In this document: piece by piece, positions 49,380-62,273 of the stretch
Numbering within the stretch: the first letter of the stretch is position 1
How the letters are laid out: each line of letters opens with the position of its first letter
Assembly (NCBI RefSeq): GCF_000315625.1
Contig: NW_005434662.1
Coordinates: 278,307-342,306, forward strand
Source of the DNA: Guillardia theta CCMP2712
Lineage: Eukaryota; Protista; Cryptophyta
Length of the DNA stretch: 64,000 nt
Direction: 5' to 3'
The notes under the pieces: generated by a model
Database searches by the model: none
Told to the model about the DNA's origin: nothing
Seen by the model: the letters and a program-made list of their open reading frames with translations, nothing else
Program-made: the position numbers and the translations under genes

Positions 49380-50627
49380 TCGAGACAACATGAGCAGTAA
49401 CAGAGAAGATGTTTCTTGAGCGTGGTATCCCTCATCATCACGTGCAGGCAAAGGGAAGAACAAATTCGACAAGTGGGTCAGCAGAATACAGCAGAGCTCT
49501 AGTTCTCCTTCCAGCCCAAGGAGCCCCCGAACCCCACGCCGCAACTCATCTCCTGACTGTGAGAAGCCTCTAGATTCAACCTTGGAGGTTTTTCTCATCA
49601 ACAACGATGCTTGGAGCTGTCTGACTGTCATGTGACAGACCAACAGGGCTACAACTGAGGCGTCGAGCTCAACGAGGAACACGACAGTGAGTCTCTTGCA
49701 GGACTTGCTTGCTTCCAAGGTGCTCATGGCAAGCAACAGCATCCCCCGGCTGAAGAAATGAGGAGAGCAGAACCATCGCCTGCACCAGCGGCGGCAACTG
49801 CTGTGCAGGTAGAGATACAGAGCAGTCAGGTCGTGCCTGAGTCATGCTGTCAGATGGGATCGAAGCTAGAGCGATGGGTGAGCAGAGTGCGAAGGAGTCA
49901 ACAAGCGGCACAAGCGCCAAGCTCCAAGCAAACTATTCCGAAGGATCAAGAGAAGCAAGATGGAAGCAATGCGGCGACATCGAAGACTGTGGGGAAGCAG
50001 TCAAGGAAGCTCGTGCCTGAGTCATGCTGCTAGGGATCGAAGCTAGAGCGATGGGTGATGAGAACGAGAAGAAGTAGGCCAGCGGCACAGACAGGAAGCG
50101 AAGTACAGCCTCAGCCGGACGATGCGAATGATCAGGAGAAGCCTGGGGGAGGAAATGTGAGACACTTCGATCAAACCTGCTTACCCCAACCCTCTTGCGA
50201 ACCGTTTTTTCTCATCCTTGCCCCTGCACACACGCCTGTATCGGTCCTTTCTCCTCATTGCTCTCGTGCAGTCTTTAGTGTTTTCTTGTTTCTCTTCCTC
50301 TCTCTGCGTCTCCTTCTGATCCACGAAAAAGGTTACATCTCCTCCCGCTGGCCACTTCGCCAACCCTCCCCCTCGCGGGTCGATCATGGAGGAATGGATG
50401 CGCAAGGCGAGAGCTCGAGACTTCGCGGTGAGGGAGCGGCGAGAGCTCAGTATGTGATGATGTTCCTGCAGTGGGTAAGGAACGTGCAAGCCCAGCAGCG
50501 TCGAGCAGGAGGTAGCTGGGCCTGTGCTTGCGCAGGATCAGATCTGAACGCTCCTGTCAGCTACTCCGCAGCCACCCAACGTTGCAGCGCAGCAGCAGGT
50601 GACATGGGAGTCAAAGGATTGACTTGA
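49380..50627 (+). CDS. Hypothetical protein with repeated K[FL][DE][KR]WV.R amphipathic motif (boundaries approximate)
   Basis: Segments KFDKWVSRIQ, KLERWVSRVRR, KLERWVMRTRR and FLQWVRNVQ separated by intron-like gaps. Confidence 0.45.
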
Positions 50628-50974
50628 TGAGTGACGTGGATGAAGAAGGAGAGAAGTGTGGGAGGGGGAATGCCTGGGGCGATTCCAGGACGAAACAAGG
50701 TTGAACCCTTCCTCCGAAGACGATCTGTTCCTTCCTCTCCTGCCTTCCGAAGATAATCTGTTCCTTCCTTTTCTGCTCCTGTTCGGTTTCCTCGGAATCC
50801 TCTGACTCTCTTTGCCGCGGCAGCTGGAAAGATGGTTGATCAGAACTCGTAGCAGCGTCTCTATTCCGTCGGTCAAGCAAGGTTCCTTGCTCTTAAGTTG
50901 TTTTACTATCTTATCTCGTGCGTCAGATTCCAACGGCACAAGCAGCGAACTGGTGGGTGCAAGCTCATAGATGC

Positions 50975-51034
<60 letters not shown>

Positions 51035-51151
51035 CGATGACGACAATGATGATGATGAATATTGTATGGTGGTGGTGCTGATGAAAATGATGATGCTGAG
51101 GCGCGAGGATTCGTCAGATTGGGGGTGTGATCATATTTTTGCAACTAGGTG

Positions 51152-52302
51152 ATGGATGAAAACAATGGATATCATCGCATCGACAAGGATGGAATCATGT
51201 TTGCTGGTTTCCTAGTCGACGGAAAGAAGCACGGNNNNNNNNNNNNNNNNNNNNNNNNNNNNNNNNNNNNNNNNNNNNNNNNNNNNNNNNNNNNNNNNNN
51301 NNNNNNNNNNNNNNNNNNNNNNNNNNNNNNNNNNATACCTGTCCTCCTCTCCTCCTCTCCTCCTCCTCTCCTCCTCTCCTCCTCCTCTCCTCCCCTCCTC
51401 TCCTCTCCTCCTCTCCTCCTCCTTTCCTCCTCTCCTCCCCTCCTCTCCTCTTCTCCTCCTCTCCTCTCCTCTCCTCCTCTCCTCCTCTCCTCCTCTCCTC
51501 CTCTCCTCCTCTCCTCCTTTGTTCCCGCACCGCTATGAGCTTCATTCACAACGCATCCACCGATACCGCAATTTCTTCCTCTTCTCCTTTCCCCCTCCTC
51601 TCGTCTCCTCCTGTCGTGGCCATTGTCAATCCTGCAACTCATTCTCCTTCCTTCTTCCCCTCTCAACCTGGTCTTGCAGTCCTTCATTCCCTCCAGAACG
51701 CATTGCATCGGTCTCAGTGTACGAGATCTGGACATCCAGGAGGAAGAAGGTACATAGGAGAGAAGGGGATGAGCAGGAGGGGGAGAGGACAAGGAGCAAA
51801 GAGAGAGGAGAGCGGAGTTGAAGAACGAATGAAGGAGACGGAGATGATGGGAACGAGCAGCAGGAGCAGGAGCAAGAGCAGAGGAATTTGGTGTAGGTGC
51901 AGCAGGAGCAGGAGCAGATGCAGGACCATAGGGACTAGGTGTAAGTCCCGGTGGCAGCGACGTAGGCATCGCGAGCAGCCTTGTAGGGGCCAGTGGCAAG
52001 GGGTGGGAAGGAGGAGGACATCAGCAGGAGCAGGAGGAGGAGGACATCAGCAGGAGCAGGAGGAGGAGTGGCAAGAATGTTTGAAAGAGGAGGAAGGGGA
52101 GGAGTAGGAGGAGGTAGAGGTTGTCAAGAAGGAGGTAGACACAGGGGAATGGAGAGGGATAAATGAAGGAGGACGGTAACGATTCAAGTGCAGGTAGCCC
52201 GCAGAAATATCCCACAGCAAAGGATGTCAAGGTATGCTTCTGCTCCTGCTTCTACTTCTGCTCCTACTCCTGCTCCTACTCCTGCTCCTACTCCTACTCC
52301 TA

Positions 52303-52341
<39 letters not shown>

Positions 52342-54139
52342 ATTGCCTGATCGATTCTTCCAAGGCGCGTGTTGTCTTCGCTTGCCCTCCCAACGCGGAC
52401 ATCCCCCTTTGGAATGCATCGGAAGTGAGAAAGGGAGGGAGAGAGGGAGGGAGGGAGGGAGGGAGGGAGGGGGGGAGGGAGGGGAAGAGTAAGCAAAGCT
52501 TGCGGAGGAGGAGACGATTGTTCAACTTTGGATTACCAGGTGAGAGGAAAGATAGTTGTGATCAATCGAGGCCCCCCCCGCCCAGCTGCTCTCATCACCT
52601 ACGGGCTCAAGCTCTACCATGCACAGGTTGCTGTCAGCACCAACTCCTTGCTCCTTGTCACTCTTCCTCTTCCCGCGCTCCCGTGCTCCCGTGCTGCTTC
52701 TGCTGCTGCTGCTTTTCTTCTTCTGCTGCTGCTGATAATTTCTGCTTTTTCACTGACATTCTCCACATGCTCCTCCTGCATGATCCATTCCCTGCTCCTC
52801 ACGCTCCTCACGCTCCTTCTCCTCCTTTACCGACTACTTCACATCCACTTCTTCCTGCTTCTACTTCCACGGACCTGCACCAATCGGCCTCCTGCTCCCT
52901 GCTCCCTGCTCCCTGCTCCCTGCTCCCTGCTCCCTGCTCCCTGCTCCCTGCTCCCTGCTCCCTGCTCCTACACTCCTTTCTTCCCTCCGCTCTCCTTCTG
53001 GCCTTACTTTCATGCTCTTGACATGTCTCACTCGCATGCAGCAAGCGGGAGCTGTCGGAGTTATCTTCATCGACCTGGAGGGGATCGATGCGTTCACTTT
53101 GTGAGTGAAACAATGAGAGGAGAAAAACACGATAGCAGGAGCAAAGCTGAGGGCAGGGCAGGGCAGGGCAGGGCAGGGCAGGGCAGGGCAGGGCAGGGCA
53201 GGGCAGGGCAGAGCAGGGCAGAACGGAGAGCTTGTAGAGCTTGTGTTGGTCTCAACCTTATCATCTATATCTCACAGGATCCCACGCGTAGACGAGGGGG
53301 AGCTCGCCTATCCTCCGGATCTGTAAGTTTGTAAGTTGCTTCCCTCCCTGTTCATGCGCGCGGCAGGCAAGGGAAGTATCCTCCTGCCAGGCTCAGAGCG
53401 AAAATTCCCTGCTGCCTGATGTTGAAGGTACAGAGCTGTTCGACAGATGGCCAGAAACGACAACATTCGTTGGTGTTGAACCATGGCGAGATGTTGATAC
53501 GAGAGCGGCGGGTTCTTGTTATGACATGTGATGTGAGCTTCTCATGAGAGAGAAAGACGGGGTTGAGTTGTAACGTCAAGTATGCGTAGTCGTCTTGTGT
53601 CCTCATATGATGACGTTGTTTTCACATGTGAGGCCTTGTGGCTCAGAGTATGATCAACCTGTCAAGACTCTCTTATACAGAGTCACCACCATCTGTCTCA
53701 TCACAACATGAACACTTGCACAACCTTCTTCTCACTGATGGTTCAGAGGGACTCTGGTATCATCCAAGAAGGGGCCGTACACGTCATCACCTTTGCCCCG
53801 CCTGGGTTCGCTGTGGACCCGAGGTAGGTCATGGCATTGGCAGCGAGTTGAAGGTGAAGTGGAGCTGCAGGTTCAAGAATTACAAGATCGGGTTTGTCAT
53901 TGTGCCGAAGCAAGAGAACAAGTGAGGGAAATCATTGCTGTCTCGTCCTGTCAGTGTCTTTTGTTTGTTAACCTGTTCTTCAATCTCTCTTAACTTCGAC
54001 TTTCTTCTCGTCTTTCTTTATCTTCTCGTCGACTGTCTTCTCATCTTTGTCTGCTTCTTTTCAAGGGCTGGGTTGTCAAAGTCCAAGGCGACAGCTTTGA
54101 TGTCAGAGTTCTTCGAGGTCAGTTCAACCAGACAAACAC

Positions 54140-54177
<38 letters not shown>

Positions 54178-55728
54178 GACTTCCTGAAGTAGGCGAGGAA
54201 GAAAGAAAGGATCGAGGAAGAGAAGCTCCTACTGAATGAGAAGAGCGACAAGAAAGGTGCCCCCTCCTCCTCCTTCTCTTGCTTCCCTTCCTCCTCCTCC
54301 TCCTCCTCCTCCTCCTCCTCCTCCTCCTTCCCCAGCTGCTGGTTCACCTTTTGTCAGAGGATCAGCTGCTGCAGAAGGAGTGGGGTAACAGCAACTTCCT
54401 GGACTCCCTCAACCCCCTCAAACAAGTAAGAGAAGGGTGGCTCTTCCCCTCCCGAGGCCATCCTGCTCCTGCTCCTGCTCCCTGCTCCCTGCTCCCTGCT
54501 CCCTGCTCCCTGCTCCTGTTTCTGCTCCCTGCTCCTGTTCCTGCTCCCTGCTCCCTGCTCCCTGCTCCCTGCTCCCTGCTCCCTGCTCCCTGCTCCCTGC
54601 TCCCTGCTCCCTGCTCCCTGCTCCCTGCTCCCTGCTCCCTGCTCCCTGCTCCCTGCTCCTGCTCCTTGTCCTTGTTCTCCTTATCCTTCTTCTTCTTGTC
54701 CTCCTTGAGGCGTTTCATTAGGTTCAGGCAACTTCCAAGACGGACGAAGCAGGTTTGCTTGACTTCCCGGGGCTGTGGATGGAACCGTGAAGTTGTCTCG
54801 CAGTTGCCGCATCGATCTTGAAGAAACTTGTTTCGTTCGCGGTGAGGAGGAGGGGAGGGGAGGAGGACACAAGAAGAGGGAGGGGAGAGAAGAGAGAGGG
54901 GAAGGGAGAAGGGAGAGCACGAAGTGGAAAGGGAACAGTGGGAGAGAAGCAGCAAAGAGAAAGTTTGAACCTTTCTTATCATCTGGAGCAGGGAGAAGAC
55001 AATGTGAAGAAGATGAAGGAATATGCCAGCACCTACCTGTCGTCCAACCTTCAAGCAGGTGAATGCTCTGCATTGCTGTCAAGCTTCTTGTCAACCAAGT
55101 CTGGCAGGAGGGAACAAGGGAGAGATGAAGATTGTAAGTTCAATTCTTGTTACACCATCTACCTGCTCGTCCTCCGGCTGCTCCATTTGCTCCCTCTTCG
55201 CTCTCGCTCACTTGCTCGTTTTCTTCCTCTCAGGAGCTCCAATGGGAAGTGAATCAGTTCGTTCGAGCTCAGCGTAAAGATGGGAGGTGGCACACAGCAT
55301 CGATCGTGAAGGTAAACCAAGTGGACGAGAAGATGAGATGAAGGGAGAAGAGAAGGAAGGAAAGGAGAGTGGAGCAGAGGGGAGCGAACACGACAGGAGA
55401 GAGGAGAGGAGAGGAGAGGAGAGGGGAGGGGATGGGATGGGAGGGGAGTCAAGAAACGGCGAGCGGAAGGAGGCAGACAAGGGGAGAGGAGAGGAATAAG
55501 ATGAGGATACCAAGTGTGAATGAGAAGCGTGAAGCACAGAAGAGAAGAGGAGGAAGAGGAGGAGGAGGAGGAGGAAGAGGTTGTGGTGGTGGTCTGAGCC
55601 ATGTCCCTGCAGATCGACGGTGCGACGGTGGAGATCGACTGGTGCGATGGGTATGACAAGGAGAAGATGCATAAGGTCGAAAACATCAGATATTCTATCG
55701 GTCAGTCTCGTCCTCGTCCTCGTCCTCA

Positions 55729-55775
<47 letters not shown>

Positions 55776-55776
55776 A

Positions 55777-55840
<64 letters not shown>

Positions 55841-58800
55841 TGCCTTCATGCTCTCGCTTCTTGCCTTCTTCCTCCCTCCTACTGACTGTTATGTGCTGGT
55901 AGCCATGCCGAACAGCAGGAGCTGCGCGCGAGGCTGCGGATATGCGACCACGTGGCATGCGACACATTGCTGTGAAGCTTGCAAGGATGGGGGTGCAGAA
56001 GACTTTCATGGTCCCAAGTGCGACAGGCTGCAGGTGATGGAAGAAGAGGAGGAAGAGAAGGAGGAAGAGGAAGAGGAAGAGGGAGCGGAGGAGGAAAAGG
56101 GAGCGGAGGAGGAGGAAGATTTTGATGGATTTTGATGGAGATGACGGAGATGATGGAGATGATGATGAAAACTTTGATGGCTCCTTGACAACAATTTGCG
56201 TATTCCAGTATTTTCCAACTGGCACTACCGTCCACATGAAAACAGACAAGGAGTGGAAGCCTTGCATTGTCGCTCAGTATCAGATGACGGTAAGGATGTT
56301 TTACTTCTCCTTCATCGTTCTCTCACTCAATTCATCCTACAACTCCAACCCTTTTCGACGTCTCATCTCTTCCCCCTCCCCCGCGCTCCTCGCTCCTCGC
56401 TCCTCGCTCCTCGCTCGTCCCTCCTGATCACTTTTTACCTTCTTCATTCCTCTTGCCATCATCGACCCGCCTGTGCTTGCAGGGCAGCATGTTCCAAGGT
56501 TATCTAGTCAGAATTCATGGAGTCCCCGAGTTGTCCTTCAAATGTCCCCATCATGTTCGGATGCCGATAGGTCATTACTCGCTGACACACTTGCTGTTCT
56601 TGCCTTACTCGCTCTCCTCGCTCTCCTCGTCCTCCTCCTTCCTTCTGGCAGCCTTCGTCTCCCCTCTCTGACACTTTACTCTGTTTCTTCTGTCTCCTCT
56701 CCCGTCTCGCTGCCCGCTGCTCCCTGTCCCCTCCATCTCCTCACTTGTTCCCAGCGGCTAAAGGAGCAACGCCTTGCTCGGGTCAGTGCGGCTACGCGGT
56801 GACGTGGCACACCGACTACTGCTGCTTCGTCTGCAAGGCTTCAGCTGGGCAGGGCAATCACGGCCCGAGATGCGACAAGCTGCGAATACTCGGTGAGGGG
56901 GAGGAGATGTGGAAGGGGGAGGAGGGGGAGGAGAACGTACAGCAGGAGCAGGAGGAGAAAGAGGATGAGAGGAGGAGGGGGAGGAGTGGGAGGAGGAGTA
57001 CGAGATGGAGGAAGGAGAGGACGAGCAGCAGGAGTAGATGTTATTCACATCGCCTGCATGACGACAGCCGCAGGGTCCCGCGTTACTGACGTGAAGTTGA
57101 ATACGGGCGAGACCAGCCTGCAGCCTCTTGAACAAAATGAGATCAACGGGTGAAAAAAGATCCCTGCTCCTCCTTGCCTCTCCCCTCTCCTGCTCCATCC
57201 TTTCACTCTCTTCCTCCTGCCCTCTCTGCCTCGCCTCTTTTCTTCTTCACATCTCCTTGCGTCTTCTCGCTTGCTGCTTGCTGCTCCTCCTGTTCTTCCA
57301 TCTCCTCTCTCTCCTCCTTCTCCTCTCTCTCCTCCTTCTCCTCACCCTCCTCCTTCTCCTCACCCTCTCCCTTTTACTCTCCCTCCTCCTTCTCTTCTCC
57401 CTCCTCATCCTTTGCCCCTCTTTGTCTCACTCCCCTGGTTTCCCATCGCTGCCGTCTCCTCCTCCGTCTTCTCCTTTCCTCATCCTCACAACTTCGTCAG
57501 CTATCACAGCTTCGAGCTGGATGACTGTGTCTACACGGGCACCTGGATGAATGCGCTGCCTGACAGTTCCAGTGGAGATGTGAGTCATCACTTCCGCAGC
57601 TCTTCTACCCTGCTCTCTGCTCTCTGCTCTCTGCTCTCTGCTCTCTGCTCTCTGCTCTCTGCTCTCTGCTCTCCACTGTCCTCCTCTGTCCTCTCCTCTT
57701 TCCTCCCTCCTCCTTTCCTCCTCTCCCCTCCACTCTTCTCCTCCTCTCCTCCTCTCTCCTCCTCACTCCTTTCTCCTCCTCACTCCTTTCTCCTCTCCTT
57801 TCCTCTCTTCTCCTCACTTTCTCTTCAGTGCATCGGTCTCAAATGTTCCTTGCGCTGGCCGGACGGATCTCAGTATCACGGCCAGTTCAAGCAAGGAGAC
57901 CTTACAGGCATCGGCCTTTACGTCTTTCCCGACGGGTATCCTTCTCCTCTCCTATCCTTCTCCTCTCTTCCCATCCTTGTCCTCCTTCTCCTCGCTCCTT
58001 TCGCCATTCTCCTCCTCCCTCCTCCCTCGTTTTCCTCCCTCCCTCCCTCCCTCCCTCCCTCCCTCCCTCCCCCTCCCTCCTCCTCCTCAGTCCTTTCCCT
58101 TTCTCCCCCTTCCTCTCACCATGTCTTCCACAGCTCCGAATTCTTCGGTCAGTTTCGCGAGGGTCGTCCAGGCAACGGTCACCTCATTGACAAGGATGGC
58201 ACTCGCTACAAGGCACGGCTACCCCCCACCCATCCCCTCTGACCACCACCGCCACTACCTTCTCCTCCTCCTCCATCTCCATCTCCATCTCCATCTCCAT
58301 CTCCATCTCCACCTTCTCCCCCTCTCCCCGCCCCCCCCCCTCCCACTCAACCCCAAGAACAACCTCAATTTTATTTTCGTCCTTCAATGATCCTCCCCGA
58401 ACTTCTCCTGTCTCTCCCACTTTTCGTCCTTATCCTCGTCTTCGTCTCGTCCTGGTCCTGGTCCTGGTCCTGGTCCTGGTCCTGGTCCTTTCATCACGTC
58501 CTCCTACAACTGTGTGTGACTCTTCTTTCCTCGTCGTCTTTTCTTCCCCTTGGCAGGTCTCCTACGACTTTCGGGGCTTCTTGTGGGATCAACTGCAGCC
58601 CTCTAGCATGGAGGAGGAGCCGCCAGAGGGCTACAAGTGGGGCAAGGCAGACTGTGCTGCCCTTCCCATCGTTACCTACAATCCGGATCCGAATGTGATG
58701 CTGAGGAGAGGGAGGAGAGGAGGGAAATGTGAAGGCAGAGGAGAGGAGAGGAGAGGAGAGGCGAGGCGAGGAGAGGAGAGGAGAGCGGAGGGGAGCGGAG

Positions 58801-61116
58801 GGGAGCGGAGGGGAGAGGAGAGGAGGAGACATAATTGATTGTTGCTGATCGCATTGTAGAATGATGGCAAACCAAAAGCCAATTTTGACTATAGTCACAT
58901 CCGCAAGGTTTCAGCACGACTAGGTGTGATACGAAATGCTCCTGCTCCTGCTCCTCCACCTCCTGCTCCTCCTGCTCCTCCTGCTCCTCCTGCTCCTCCT
59001 GCTCCTCCTGCTCCTCCTGCTCTACCTTTCCCTCGTCTTTTTCTCCTTCGAGTCGTCTTCACTTCCCCTCCCTTCCTGCGGTTCCCGATTGTTGTTGGTT
59101 TTCCATCCTAGCCTTCTTCTCTTTACCCTCTCCTGCTCGACATCTTTAGTCTCCTCCCTGTTTGAATTTTTCCCGCCAGTCTGGGCGAGACCTCAGCATG
59201 CAGAAATGCCCTTGTGGAATGCAGACGAGGTGGATCCTCTCCTCTCCTCCTCTCCTCCTTCCCTTCTGTCCTGCTCTTCTCCCCTACCCTCCTCCTCTTC
59301 TGCACACTCCTAACGTCTCCACTCCTACTCCCACCCACTCCCACCCTCTCCTCCCCTTTTGCGCATTTCCTAATCCGCTCCCTCCGTTTCCTCCTCCTCC
59401 CTCCTCCCCCCCCCCCCCCCCATCCCCCCCTCCTTACCGTTTCCCAGGTCCGAGGGAAGATCGTGGCCGTCATGCGGGGGCCCCGAGCGAACGCTCCTGC
59501 CTGCAACTTCTCCCTCAAGCTCTTCTACTGCCAGCAGGCAGGGGCTGCCGCTGTTGTCTTCGTCGAGTTCGATCCACAGGCCCGCTTCCGCGTCATCCCG
59601 CGACTGGTGGAGGGACCCCTCTTCCCTCCTTCCCCCTCCCCCTCCCTCACCACCCGCCTCCCCTGCTGCCTCATTATGCACAAGGAGGCCGCCGTCCTAC
59701 AGGAAGGAGCCATCCACGTGATGGAATTCTTCCCTCCCGGCATCGCCAACATCCCTGCGGGCTGGATGGTTGGGGTCGTGGTGTGCGTCAGGCAGGAGAG
59801 CAAGGTTGGGCTCTCCAAGGACAAGGCAACGGAGCTCATGTCTGAGTTCTTCCAAGCCCGCAAGAAGGAGAGGACGCAGGAGGGGCAGATGCTCAAGGAG
59901 AAGAGGGAGAGAGGTGCTGCCATGTACCCTTGCGTCTTGATCCTATTCTCTTCCTGCTCTCCTGCTCTCCTGCTCTCCTGCTCTCTTGCTCAGCATTTCC
60001 ATGACCAGTATGGGCTTTCTGATCAGTCTCAGGTGATGACGTCACTATATCCGACAAGGAATTTTTGGATGGCAACGTTTTAGACTCCCTCAATCCCCTC
60101 GTGCAGGAATGTTTCTTCTTGACCCCCTCCCCTCATCGCTGCCTCCGTTTCCCCCTCCCTCCCCCACCACCTTCTCTCCCTTTCCTCCTCTGCCCTCGCT
60201 TCCCTCCACCACTTTCCCTCCTTTGTCCTCCCTTTCCTCCATCCTTTCCCTCCCCTTCCCTCTCCTCTCTACTTACATCGTAACCCACACAAAGCACAAA
60301 GTCTCTCTGACTCGAACTACAGGACGCACGGGCTGCTCCACCTCGGTCAAGCAGTGAGGCAATAGCACAGGCAGGAAGCGACAAGCGACTGGCTGCTGCT
60401 GACTCAAAGTGCAGGCGATGCTGAGCAAGATCACAGACAAGAAGAGGTGAAACTTCCGAAGCTCCTCGTCCTCCTCGTCCTCCTCGTCCTCCTCCTCTTG
60501 CCCCCCCTTCTCCTTCCCCAATGACGGCCACTTCCCACTTGTCGCCTTCATACCCTCCTCATCACAATCTTGATTCTCTCCGTCTTTGGCCTGCTGTCTC
60601 TCAACTCTGTGCAGGGCCCAGGAGCTGGCGGCGAAAGCGGATGAGGTACGAGGACCTGAGAGAGAGAGGAGGAGACGGCTGGCCGACCTGCCGCAGGCTG
60701 CCTCGATCTTCGAGAGCATCGTGCATGGAGCTCTGGCGAGTCTTGGTCCCACCTGGGCAACAGGAGCCAGCGAACCTGAGAGCCCGTCGACAGCTGGACA
60801 TGTAAGTGCCCCGGGGAATGAGGGGAGGGGAGAGGAAGAGGAGGGAGACAGGGAGGACGGTGGGGCAAGGCAGGTGTTTGAAACATGTTCCTGCAGATTC
60901 AGATCATCAACGAATGCCCTAATGGCGGTAAAGGCTTCAACTCTCTCTCTCTCCTCCTTGACTGACCTCGTTGTAGGGAGGAAGCAGGATGGGGAGAAGG
61001 AGGGCGGGAGCCGGGACTCCGGGGAGGGGCAGCAGCCCAAGACCCGAGACATTGGAATTCAGTGCAACGAGCCGCCGCGGACTTTCAGCTTTGGCCTCCT
61101 CCCCTCCTTCACCTGA
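51152..61116 (+). CDS. Large intron-rich protein: [MORN-like + PA domain + helical] x2 separated by [Tudor/SH3-like + Cys/His finger] x2
   Basis: PA motifs ACPPNADIPLWNASE/VRGKIVVINRG..KLYHAQQAGAVGVIFID and ARPQHAEMPLWNADE/VRGKIVAVMRG..KLFYCQQAGAAAVVFVE. MORN-like WPDGSQYHGQFKQGDLTGIGLYVFPDG. Tudor-like VRAQRKDGRWHTASIVK/IDGATVEIDW. Exons appear to splice in frame. N-gap 51235-51334 probably hides exons; start uncertain. Confidence 0.7.
52891..59020. repeat. Intronic microsatellite cluster: (CTGCTCC)n 52891-52966 and 54481-54657; (GGGCA)n 53151-53220; (TGCT)n 54142-54176; (CCTCGT)n 55707-55840; (CTCTGCT)n 57611-57672; (CCTGCTCCT)n 58941-59020
   Basis: Directly visible; all lie inside predicted introns. 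Confidence 0.9.
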
Positions 61117-62273
61117 GGGACGAAGTATCGTGATGAGACGGCAAATGAACTTAGTCGGACCGTGACTGTCTCGGACCGGACGGTGACTCGCCTCGAAGTC
61201 ACCGCCGTGGCCGCTGAGTCCACGGTCAAGTTGTCCGTTCCTGTACTCTCTTCCACCATCCCCGATCTCATTCTGAGTTCATCATCGAGTAGTCGAGCTT
61301 GTCATCAACGGTCAACAGCTCGGGCCGGGGGGCCGGGCCCGACCTCGGACTCACTGCCGCGGGCCGCCCGGCGGTGTAAGAAAAATCCGAAATTCTCCGG
61401 CGAAACTCATTAATCAACAGAATTTGAAAGATATTCATTGCACCGGTGGTTTTTGGGGTGATAGGAACGGGTGGTTATAACAGGGGATTCCTCTGTTATT
61501 ACCACCGGTTTATCGATATTAGAAAGTACCGGTGGTATCAATCGTGCTAGAAATGTACTCCGACCCCCCTACCCCCTCATTCTCCCTCTTTGGACCCCCG
61601 TAATAATGTCGTTTTGACATCCTTGATTACTCCACCCTACCACCCTTTACTATGTTGTATTGACTGAGAGGACGGGGTACTCCCCAGGGCTGCCTGACTT
61701 CTCCACTACGTACACATGTTCGATTAAAGTCATCAAGGCCCCACCCCTACTAGCAACCACTTCCCAAGACACCCTACCCCCTGGAAACTGTTTCCTTTCC
61801 CTGACCCACCCCATCCACTTTTCCATAAGTCAGTTTTCTTCTGAAATCACCCCTCCTTCGACTGAAAAAACACTGACCCCTCATCTTTCCACCTACGTCC
61901 ATTATCATCCCCACCCCGAACTCGTTGAGCTGCAAGGCCACCCCACCCCCAAGGAATCACTATGCTCTCACCACCCTACCCTCACGAAGCGTCCCAGAAC
62001 ATCAATGGGCGTGCAGTGACAAGAGCAGGAGCAGGTGCAGCAGGAGCAGCAGGAGCAGGAGAGAGGGGAAGAGAAGACAGAGGGCAGTGAATATTTGGGA
62101 GATACTCTCCGAAAGCAGAAGAGAGATGCTACGTACTGTTCCTGGTTGCTGTGAAATGGAAGCAGCACCGTTTTGACCTGTCATCAGAAACAATCAAGTT
62201 GCTGGTTGAGCCGGGGTCTCAAGACGAGCTGTGAAAAAGCAGTGAGATTTCAGTGAAACACTCGAAAGATAAG

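Noticed and set aside
44752-59020. Regular repeats as CRISPR or telomeric arrays
   Set aside because: Head-to-tail microsatellites without unique spacers, no cas genes, and no TTAGGG-type arrays.
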